Position numbers and translations under genes: made by a program. Shown piece after piece: positions 56,899 through 64,000 of a stretch of 64,000 nt of DNA (within the stretch, counting starts at the first letter, position 1; every line of letters begins with the position of its first letter). The stretch covers positions 585,440 to 649,439 of the forward strand of contig JACPSK010000001.1 in NCBI GenBank assembly GCA_016193335.1, in the 5' to 3' direction. The notes under the pieces are model-generated. The model was not told where the DNA came from. It was given only the letters and a program-made list of their open reading frames with translations, and made no database searches. The stretch comes from Candidatus Magasanikiibacteriota bacterium. GTDB taxonomy: Bacteria > Patescibacteriota > Patescibacteriia > Magasanikbacterales > UBA922.

Positions 56899-57282
56899 TT
56901 ATTTCAAACTGTGTAGCCACCCGCCGATCATTTTACCGATTACTGCCAGGCGTTCTGACAATTGCGCGTATTTGTTATTGTCCAGTGCTTTGATTTCCCA
57001 AAGAATTTGCAGAAAGAATTTTAACGCGTCAAATTGAGCACTTAATTTTTTAACAATGGCTAGCTTGTTTGTCCGTTCCGCATAACCGGCCGCGAGCGCC
57101 AGTGATAAAATATCGGTAAAAATTGCATCAATTTTTATACCCAATGAATACCGTGTGAGTCGTGGCAAATGAATTAAAAAACTATGCCAGAGTTTATAGG
57201 CGTTACTCAAACCATCAACGATCGGAATGTAGCTCTGGGGGGGGGGATTCCTAGTTTCGGATTGCGTAAGCAATTGCTTCAT
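56899..57282 (-). CDS. avd: Accessory variability determinant (Avd)-like four-helix-bundle protein (start placed at MKQLL; the ORF opens at 57330)
   Basis: About 127 aa. ...LPRLTRYSLGIKIDAIFTDILSLALAAGYAERTNKLAIVKKLSAQFDALKFFLQILWEIKAL...ERLAVIGKMIGGWLHSLK resembles Bordetella-phage bAvd and the 23S-rRNA-intervening-sequence four-helix-bundle family. It is on the strand opposite to the TR and RT. Confidence 0.7.
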   Translation of the reverse strand: MKQLLTQSETRNPPPQSYIPIVDGLSNAYKLWHSFLIHLPRLTRYSLGIKIDAIFTDILSLALAAGYAERTNKLAIVKKLSAQFDALKFFLQILWEIKALDNNKYAQLSERLAVIGKMIGGWLHSLK

Positions 57283-58281
57283 AGCTATGGTGATATTATT
57301 TCTATATCCAATCTTCTTGCCGCTTGGCAAGAGTTTGAAGTTGGAAAGAGTAAGAAATATGACGTTGTTCTGTTTGCGGATAGGTTAATGGACAACATCC
57401 TAGCACTCTATACGGATTTAGTAAACCGGACATATATCCACGGTGGTTATCGTGAATTTCGCATCAACGATCCCAAACCGCGTCTGATTCACAAAGCGAG
57501 TGTGCGCGACCGTTTGCTACATCATGCGGTACATAGAATGCTCTATCCTTTTTTTGATCGAATTTTTATTTTTGATTCCTTTTCTTGTCGGACCAATAAG
57601 GGCGTGCGTGCGGCGATTAACCGATTCAGAAAATGCGCGCACAAGGTCGGGCGCAACCATACACGCACAGTATGGGTCTTGAAATGTGATATTCGAAAGT
57701 TTTTTGCGAATATTGATCATGAAATTTTGTTGCGTATTCTTGATTATTATATTCCGGATAAAAGAATTGTGGATTTGCTGGAGAATATTATTGTAAGTTT
57801 TTCTATGACATCTGGTACTTCAGTTGGTTTGCCGTTGGGAAATTTGACCTCGCAGTTATTTTCCAACATTTATTTAGACCGACTCGATAGATGGGTGAAG
57901 CATCAGTTAAAAGAAAAGCATTATATTCGTTACGCGGATGATTTTGTGTTTTTATCCGCGGACAGAAATTATTTGCTGTCCTTGATTCCACAGGTGCAAC
58001 ATCTTTTATCCTGCACCTTAAAATTAGATCTGCATCCGAATAAATTTTTTTTAAAAACTATTGCGTCAGGTGTGGATTTTTTGGGCTGGATACACTTTTC
58101 AGATCACCGTGTACTTCGAAAAGTGACAAAACGGCGAATGACGAGAAAATTGGCGGAAAATTTCAAACCGGAAGTCCTGCAGTCGTATTTGGGATTACTC
58201 TCGCATGGGAATACGTTTAAGCTGCAAGAGACGATTAAGAATCAATTTTGGTTGGGCGGCACGCATATGTTAATGGGGTAG
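57184..58281 (+). CDS. DGR reverse transcriptase
   Basis: DGR-RT N-terminal block (NLLAAWQEFEVGKSKKYDVVLFADRLMDNILALYTDLVNRTYIHGGYREFRINDPKPRLIHKASVRDRLLHHAV), motif GLPLGNLTSQLFSNIYL and the catalytic IRYADDFVF. An alternative TTG start near 57262 is possible. Confidence 0.9.
   Translation: MPEFIGVTQTINDRNVALGGGIPSFGLRKQLLHSYGDIISISNLLAAWQEFEVGKSKKYDVVLFADRLMDNILALYTDLVNRTYIHGGYREFRINDPKPRLIHKASVRDRLLHHAVHRMLYPFFDRIFIFDSFSCRTNKGVRAAINRFRKCAHKVGRNHTRTVWVLKCDIRKFFANIDHEILLRILDYYIPDKRIVDLLENIIVSFSMTSGTSVGLPLGNLTSQLFSNIYLDRLDRWVKHQLKEKHYIRYADDFVFLSADRNYLLSLIPQVQHLLSCTLKLDLHPNKFFLKTIASGVDFLGWIHFSDHRVLRKVTKRRMTRKLAENFKPEVLQSYLGLLSHGNTFKLQETIKNQFWLGGTHMLMG
57237..57246. repeat. G10/C10 homopolymer tract inside the avd coding sequence and the RT 5' region
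   Basis: CTGGGGGGGGGGATTCC. It encodes GGG in the RT frame (if the ATG at 57184 is used) and NPPPQ in avd on the opposite strand. Confidence 0.85.
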
Positions 58282-58486
58282 TAGAGCTACTATAAGTAAG
58301 TAAGCTTGATAAAGCCGTTTTTTTATTTTATAGTCAAAAGTCAATTTGCGTGAGACGCAAAGACATCGCAATGGATTGCGGCTTTTTTGCGTCTTGCGAC
58401 CGGAATATCGGTTTCGAGACAGACTCGGGCTTTGCTCGGGTTTCAGGACGACAATTGGGTTTGAGAATGAAAAGAGGAGACAGCAA

Positions 58487-59944
58487 GTGAACAGGTTGGC
58501 CAAAATTTTTGTTGTTTTGTTCTATGTGTCTTGTTCCTGTCCTGAAGAGGACGGGGCGGTCATTGCGGATGTTTCGAGTTTTGGCAAGGACGCCGCCGCT
58601 TCCGTTGACACGACCGTGGCCGATATGAACGGCCAACTCGGGTTGTGCTACGTGGCTGAAGATGGCACGCCTTGCGACGATGAGAACGCCTGCACCACGG
58701 GCGATGAGTGCGAGGATGGACATTGCATCGGCGCCACGAGCGTGGTCTGCAAGAGCGACAGCGCTTGCGTGCCGACGAGCTGTGACCCACAGACCGGCTG
58801 TCTTATTGGCGAGACCTTGCCTGATGGCTCGGCCTGCAGCTTGGCTTGCCATGTGGAGGCTTACTGCGAAGCAGGCGACTGCTTGCCTGCCCAAGGCTCC
58901 AAGGTCCAATGTCCGAAGAGCGAGAACCCTTGCGTGGATCACCTGGAGTGCGACTCGGCCAACGGCCAGTGCACGATCCAGATCTTCAAGCCCGAGGGAG
59001 CTTCTTGCGACACGGACGTGAACACTTGCACGTTGGAGACCTGTGACGGTAACGGCCTATGCGCGGCTCAAGGCAAGAACGATTGCGCCGGCCTCAAGGC
59101 CATTGATCCGTGCTGGGCTTACCAGTGTTTGCCGGGCAAGGGTTGCGTGAAGCAACCGGGCGTGTTCTTCTTCAGCCTCTCTTGCGACGACGGGAGTCCT
59201 TGCACGATCAACGACGAATGTCAGCTCTCCGAGGGCGGCCTCGGTGGTTGCAAGGGAACTCCGCTGAAGACGAACGACGGCAACCCCTGCACCAGCGACT
59301 CCTGTGTCGCGGGTGAGGTCTTGCACGAGCCCATCAACGGCGCGCCCTGCGACGACGGCAACCCCTGCAGCGTCTCGGTCTGTGAGGGCAAGATCTGCGT
59401 CTACTACTCGCCGAGCGACTGCACAGACGGCAACCCCTGCACGGACGACGCCTGCAGTGACACCAGCGGCTGCGTCTACTTCGTCAACGACGGCAACCCT
59501 TGCGACGACGGCAACCCCTGCACCAGTGACTTTTGCAAGCAAGGGGTTGGCTGTGAGGCCGAAGTGCTGGTCGCGACGCCCTGTGAGGATGGGAGTCTCT
59601 GTAGCCTCGAGGACTTCTGCTTCGCGGGTGTCTGTCAGCCTGGCGCGAAGAGTCTCGGCTGCACAGACGGCAACCCCTGCACAGACGACGCCTGCCAACC
59701 GGCCAAGGGCTGCGTGTTCACGAACAACGCCAAGCCCTGCGACGACGGCAGCGCCTGCACCGAGGGGAGCTTCTGCAAGAACGGCTCTTGCAGTGGCTAC
59801 GCGGTGCTGAAGACCTGCCTGGACAACAACTCTTGCACCGAGGACATCTGCACCCCGCTGATTCCGGACTGCGTCTTCCCCACGAAGACCGATGGCGTCC
59901 CTTGCGGCGGAGACAAGATCTGTCTCTCGGGCGTCTGCCTGTAG
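58487..59944 (+). CDS. GC-rich secreted cysteine-repeat protein (CDDGNPC / DGNPCTDDAC repeats, Myxococcales-type Cys-rich repeat-like)
   Basis: GTG 58487 is preceded by AAGAGGAG. Lipoprotein-like signal MNRLAKIFVVLFYVSCSC, then at least 12 tandem Cys-rich units (...DGNPCTSDSC..., APCDDGNPCSVSVC, TDGNPCTDDACSDTSGC, NPCDDGNPCTSDFC, TDGNPCTDDACQPAKGC, KPCDDGSACTEGSFC). The ORF opens at TTG 58346. Confidence 0.75.
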   Translation: MNRLAKIFVVLFYVSCSCPEEDGAVIADVSSFGKDAAASVDTTVADMNGQLGLCYVAEDGTPCDDENACTTGDECEDGHCIGATSVVCKSDSACVPTSCDPQTGCLIGETLPDGSACSLACHVEAYCEAGDCLPAQGSKVQCPKSENPCVDHLECDSANGQCTIQIFKPEGASCDTDVNTCTLETCDGNGLCAAQGKNDCAGLKAIDPCWAYQCLPGKGCVKQPGVFFFSLSCDDGSPCTINDECQLSEGGLGGCKGTPLKTNDGNPCTSDSCVAGEVLHEPINGAPCDDGNPCSVSVCEGKICVYYSPSDCTDGNPCTDDACSDTSGCVYFVNDGNPCDDGNPCTSDFCKQGVGCEAEVLVATPCEDGSLCSLEDFCFAGVCQPGAKSLGCTDGNPCTDDACQPAKGCVFTNNAKPCDDGSACTEGSFCKNGSCSGYAVLKTCLDNNSCTEDICTPLIPDCVFPTKTDGVPCGGDKICLSGVCL

Positions 59945-60285
59945 AGAGGCCTTTGTTCTTTTGATGATCCGGACCTGATATTCGTGAACTCAGGTCCTCG
60001 CTTCCCGTCTAGATGAAATATTCCTCTGAACAGGAAGAAAAAAGAAGTTATTTTGGCTTCTTTTTTATTTGAGATGAAAATTAAGTTTCCTTTAAGGAGC
60101 ATCTAAATTTGCTTATGATCTTTGTCGTTAAAGTCTCCTGGATATTTGCTTTTAAACAGGCTAATTTTTTTGTTGGTATGTTAATTGAAGCTTTTTGTAC
60201 TACTATGTTATACTTATTTGGTAGTAATTTCATTATTAGAATATAGGTCGGTTCTAATAATAAATCATTCTTAAAATAATATAGT

Positions 60286-60699
60286 ATGGCTAAAAAAGTC
60301 GTCATGACCTTGGGGGTAGTATTTGTGCTCGTGGGTCTCCTGGGTTTTGTAAACGATCCGGTTCTCGGGCTGTTTGAAGTTGATCTTTGGCATAATCTCG
60401 TTCACTTGGTGAGTGGCGTGCTGGCTCTTCTTTTTGCCATGAAAGGAGAAGAAGGAGCAAAGATGTTCGCGAAAGTATTCGGCGTAGTGTATGCTTTGGT
60501 CGCCGTTCTTGGACTTTTGCTCCCGGGTGACATGCTCCTTGGTCTTATCGAAGTAAATTTGGCAGATGATTTGCTTCATGTGCTTTTGGCTCTTGTATTT
60601 TTGTATGCTGGTTTTGCCAAGGCGTCAGGAGCTCCTTCGATGCCCGCACAGAATCCTCCAATGTCTTCTTCCGGAATGGATTCACACATGCATTCGTAA
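60286..60699 (+). CDS. DUF4383-like small membrane protein
   Basis: 137 aa with four TM helices and the DUF4383-like pattern (GLLGFVNDPVLGLFEVDLWHNLVHLVSG). Confidence 0.5.
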   Translation: MAKKVVMTLGVVFVLVGLLGFVNDPVLGLFEVDLWHNLVHLVSGVLALLFAMKGEEGAKMFAKVFGVVYALVAVLGLLLPGDMLLGLIEVNLADDLLHVLLALVFLYAGFAKASGAPSMPAQNPPMSSSGMDSHMHS

Positions 60700-60726
60700 A
60701 GCCGGGGTTTTGTCCTACGATATTTT

Positions 60727-60760
60727 GAAACCACACTCTATAAATCAGAGCGTGGTTTTT
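60727..60760 (+). terminator. Terminator
   Basis: GAAACCACACTCTATAAATCAGAGCGTGGTTTTT. Confidence 0.6.
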
Positions 60761-61083
60761 GGTCCCAATAAATCAGGTTGGGCCTGCCTGGCCCGAGTTT
60801 CGCATAAATGGTCCATTCGTATTCCACCGGGGCTGTTTGTTTGTCACGGATGGAACGGCGGATAGGTTGATTCTGGCGCGGTAAAATGGGACTTTAACAT
60901 TTAAAGCCCCCACCGGGGAATATATCAAATTCTATGTTAGAATAATCTAAACTGCATATATCCAGGCTTGTATCGGAGATAAAATCGGTTTGAGCGGGCT
61001 TGATTTTCCGCAGCCTGTCGCGGGGATGACTTATTTGTTTTCCCTTAATCTGTCGTCGCTGGGTTGTTTTAGAGTTTCACGCT

Positions 61084-61959
61084 ATGTCACAAAATTTCAT
61101 TAAAAAAATACAGGCACTTGAGAATAAAATAAAAAAAGAAGGCTCCAGTCCCGCTGTCTTGCGTTCATTCAAGAGAATAATATGGGAGTATTATAAGAAA
61201 AATAAACGGGATTTTGATTGGAGAAATACAGATAATCCATATCACATTGCGGTATCTGAAATAATGCTTCAACAAACTCAAACCAAACGCGTGGAGCAAA
61301 AATATCTTGAGTGGATCAATAGTTTTCCGGATTGGCAAAGCTTGTCCTCGGCTCCTCTGAAAAAAATTTTACTGGTCTGGCAGGGCATGGGGTATAATCG
61401 TCGCGCAATAGCGCTCAAAGCCTGCGCTCTTAAAATTATAAAAGAATACAAAGGCTCTTTGCCTTCTGATTCTGAGACTCTCAAGACATTTCCACATATT
61501 GGGCCTAATACAGCCGGTTCCATTCTTGCTTTTGCGTTTAACAAGCCGTCCGTGTTTTTGGAAACGAATATACGCAGTGTTTTTATTTTTTTCTTTTTTT
61601 CAAAAAATAAAAAGGTGCGCGATCAAGACATTTTGACATTGGTGGAAAAAACTTTGGATAAAAAGAATCCCAAAGAATGGTACTGGGCGCTTATGGATTT
61701 TGGAGCTTTTTTAAAGAAAGAATTTCCGAATCCAAGCAGAAAAAGCAAACATTATTCCAGGCAGCCCAAATTTGAAGGTTCAAACAGGCAGCTGAGAGGC
61801 AGACTCCTGAAGCTCTTGTCAGAAGCCGAGGGTCTGAGAGCGGGACAGATCGCGGATGAGTTGAAATTAGATTCAAGACAGATAAGAATGAATTTGGAAA
61901 ATCTGGAAAGAGAGGGATTCATCATTAAAAAACATGGCAGATTTATAATTGTCCCATAA
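61084..61959 (+). CDS. HhH-GPD DNA glycosylase, MutY/A-G-specific adenine glycosylase-like (no obvious 4Fe-4S Cys cluster)
   Basis: Helix-hairpin-helix plus Gly/Pro-rich loop and catalytic Asp region (PHIGPNTAGSILAFAF...). C-terminal extension. Confidence 0.65.
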   Translation: MSQNFIKKIQALENKIKKEGSSPAVLRSFKRIIWEYYKKNKRDFDWRNTDNPYHIAVSEIMLQQTQTKRVEQKYLEWINSFPDWQSLSSAPLKKILLVWQGMGYNRRAIALKACALKIIKEYKGSLPSDSETLKTFPHIGPNTAGSILAFAFNKPSVFLETNIRSVFIFFFFSKNKKVRDQDILTLVEKTLDKKNPKEWYWALMDFGAFLKKEFPNPSRKSKHYSRQPKFEGSNRQLRGRLLKLLSEAEGLRAGQIADELKLDSRQIRMNLENLEREGFIIKKHGRFIIVP

Positions 61960-61961
61960 GT

Positions 61962-62624
61962 ATGCACCGTCATATGCAGTCTCAATTATCCAAAAAACAG
62001 CGGGCGAACATAGTTCTCCGCGAACTCAAAAAGTATGTTCCTAGTTCGAAGACTATTTTGGAATTTTCGAATCATTGGGAATTGCTCGTGGCAGTTATGC
62101 TATCGGCTCAGACCACGGACAAACAGGTTAATGTAGTAACCAGAACTTTATTTAAAAAATATCCGGACTTAAGACATTACCTCAATGCCAAAGCGTCTGA
62201 ATTTGAAAAAGATATTTCATCAGTGAATTATTTTCGCAGTAAAGCAAAACATTTACTTGTCACCGCAGAACTCTTGCATAACAGATTCAATGGCTTGATA
62301 CCCAAAACGGCAAAAGAACTCATGACCCTGCCCGGCGTGGGAAGGAAAACGGCGTTGGTGGTTCTCGGCAATGCCCATGGAATCGTTGAAGGCATAGCGG
62401 TGGACACTCATGTTGAGCGTTTGTCGAGATTGTTTGGTTTGAGCGCTGAAAAAAGCGTTGAAAAAATGGAAAAGGAACTGAGGGAGTGTATACCAAAAAG
62501 AGAATGGTTCCATTTTACAAATAGAATGATTGCATATGGCAGAGCCTACTGTCCTGCGCGTTGTCTTCACGATTCTTGTCCAATATACAACATTATCAAG
62601 AAGACAGGCGCTGTATTCACATGA
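61962..62624 (+). CDS. nth: Endonuclease III (Nth)
   Basis: LVAVMLSAQTTDKQVN, HhH LPGVGRKTALVVL, catalytic VDTHVERL, and a C-terminal Cys cluster (YCPARCLHDSCPI). Confidence 0.85.
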   Translation: MHRHMQSQLSKKQRANIVLRELKKYVPSSKTILEFSNHWELLVAVMLSAQTTDKQVNVVTRTLFKKYPDLRHYLNAKASEFEKDISSVNYFRSKAKHLLVTAELLHNRFNGLIPKTAKELMTLPGVGRKTALVVLGNAHGIVEGIAVDTHVERLSRLFGLSAEKSVEKMEKELRECIPKREWFHFTNRMIAYGRAYCPARCLHDSCPIYNIIKKTGAVFT

Positions 62625-62711
62625 TCGGGATTATAAATAAAAATCCTTTTTTCTCAGTTGTATTATTACATGTAAGAAAAAAGGATTTTGGACGTCTGAT
62701 AGACATCCTGT

Positions 62712-64000
62712 CTAGCTCTCCTTGGACTCGGAGATTGCTCCTTGCAAGATTCTTTGCCCTATGGCCGAAAGCGTGGAAACACGTTCACGGTTGGGCCCGT
62801 CCACATAGAGACGGAGCTTGCCTTCTGTACCGCTGGCTCTGAACATGACGTAGGTGTGGTCGGCCAAGTTGATTCTTGTGCCGTCCATGGTGTTTACGTC
62901 AAGAACGCTTGTGAATGATTTGCGAGCCACTTCTACGGCTCGCGCAAGGACATCCACCTTCGCGGAGTCTGAGACCTCGAAGCCATGCTCTTCGTGGTAG
63001 AAGCGCGGCAGTTCGGCGGCAAGTTCGCTGAGGAGCTTGCCGGTTCTCGCCATGATCTCGAGCATCTTCGCCACGGCAAAGACCCCATCATACCAGATGA
63101 AGCCGCCTTTCACAAAGGCGTACTTTGCCGAGTTCTCATAGGCAAAGGCTGCTCTTTCGCGCTTGATTGCCGTGCCGGTATCCGGCTGGCCAATCTTGCA
63201 GTAGCAGACTCGAGCGCCGAGCTCTTCGCAAACAGCTTCGATGAGCTTGCTGGAGTTTACCGGTGTTACCACGGTCTCGCCGCGTCTTACCAGGTACTTG
63301 GCAAAGATCGCGCCGATCACGTCTTCGCCGACAGCTTCGCCCTTCTCGTTGATGAAGAGGACACGGTCGGCATCGCCATCGAAGCAGACTCCCATGTGGC
63401 AGGAGTCGCCGACAACTCGACGCAGAGCTTCGCCGCAGCTCGAGGCACGGCATTCGCTCTTGCGATCTGGCACTTCCTTCGGCTCAGTAAAGATCTGGAC
63501 CACATCACAGCCCAGGGCTCTGAACAAAGGTCCGGCAACTCCGCCTGCGGTGCCGTTGCCAGCATCCACGAGGAGCTTGGGGGCCTCTTCGCCAAACTTC
63601 AGAGAGCTGATGCCCTCGATGTCCAGTCGTTCAAGCAAGGCCCTCGTATAGATTGTTTCAGAGCGTTCAGTCGACACCCTTTGGCTGTGACCGAGGGACA
63701 AGGGTTTGGCGCTGTGAAGCCTTCCGGATTCGAACCAGCGCTCTATCACACTAGTGACCTCTATGTCACAGTAGGTGCCATCGCCATTCACCAAGATGAT
63801 CCCAATCCGGTTCGGCTCCATGTGAGAACCGGTGATCTCGATGCCCCCATCTACAGCGTCCTCTCCCAGGAAGCTCAGCACGGAGAACATCCCGGTGGAC
63901 ATCTGGCCCAAATCCAGTACATCCGCGCCTGCGGACATGGCGCCAGCCATCGCGGCCGCCGCCAAAGCCTGAGCGCCGTTGCGCTGGTCATGCCCTATGG
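62712..64000 (-). CDS. GC-rich phosphohexomutase (phosphoglucosamine mutase / phosphomannomutase family); the N-terminus lies beyond the window end
   Basis: Active-site-like loop GIEITGSHMEPNRIGIILVNGDG (TASHNP-type) and the four-domain alpha-D-phosphohexomutase layout. The reading frame is open to the window edge. GC3-rich. Confidence 0.7.
   Translation of the reverse strand, partial: IGHDQRNGAQALAAAAMAGAMSAGADVLDLGQMSTGMFSVLSFLGEDAVDGGIEITGSHMEPNRIGIILVNGDGTYCDIEVTSVIERWFESGRLHSAKPLSLGHSQRVSTERSETIYTRALLERLDIEGISSLKFGEEAPKLLVDAGNGTAGGVAGPLFRALGCDVVQIFTEPKEVPDRKSECRASSCGEALRRVVGDSCHMGVCFDGDADRVLFINEKGEAVGEDVIGAIFAKYLVRRGETVVTPVNSSKLIEAVCEELGARVCYCKIGQPDTGTAIKRERAAFAYENSAKYAFVKGGFIWYDGVFAVAKMLEIMARTGKLLSELAAELPRFYHEEHGFEVSDSAKVDVLARAVEVARKSFTSVLDVNTMDGTRINLADHTYVMFRASGTEGKLRLYVDGPNRERVSTLSAIGQRILQGAISESKES

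Larger units (their letters stand above)
55524..58281 (+). mobile_element. Diversity-generating retroelement (DGR) cassette: target gene with VR, TR, avd (antisense), reverse transcriptase
   Basis: See the individual features. The VR/TR pair differs only at TR-adenine positions, and the adjacent RT carries a YADD box. Confidence 0.9.

Overview
This window reads as a low-GC bacterial chromosome segment covering the replication origin, with a CPR/Patescibacteria-like gene repertoire. The conserved order rnpA, rpmH (both minus), oriC region, dnaA, dnaN (plus) is at the left edge. House-keeping genes follow: PBP1A, a 3D-domain cell-wall protein, a LysM-M23 peptidase, ComM/YifB, LspA, DksA/TraR, a Kef-type antiporter, and a cluster of five tRNAs (Ala, Phe, Pro, Gly and initiator Met). 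Further along are MgtC, epmA-efp, transketolase, an aldehyde dehydrogenase, a TPP enzyme, RuvB, an NrdR-box-controlled B12-dependent class II RNR (nrdJ) with a PduO-type cobalamin adenosyltransferase, an AI-2E transporter, one ABC ATPase with four tandem ABC-2 permease paralogs, RluB, AlkD, AhcY, CaCA, PfkB, a class IV aminotransferase, a VKOR-DsbA pair, an RNA methyltransferase, and MutY-like and Nth glycosylases. The strongest signal is a complete diversity-generating retroelement (DGR) at about 55.5-58.3 kb. It consists of a GC-rich target gene whose 3' variable repeat differs from a downstream template repeat at TR-adenine positions at every mismatch I could resolve by eye, an Avd-like gene on the opposite strand, and a reverse transcriptase with a YADD box. 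A G10 homopolymer tract sits in the avd coding sequence, in or just upstream of the RT N-terminus depending on which RT start is real. Superimposed on the AT-rich backbone are several sharply GC-rich, GC3-biased genes that look horizontally acquired. These are a ParB-Crp fusion regulator, a CDDGNPC cysteine-repeat secreted protein next to the RT, an STN-domain membrane protein, a tiny Thr/Gly-rich secreted peptide, a small Zn-ribbon ORF interrupted by an in-frame TAG, and a phosphohexomutase at the right edge. A second cluster of perfect DnaA boxes lies 11 kb from dnaA beside a structured non-coding region, and a palindromic AT-rich motif recurs at several loci. I found no CRISPR array, integrase or transposase.
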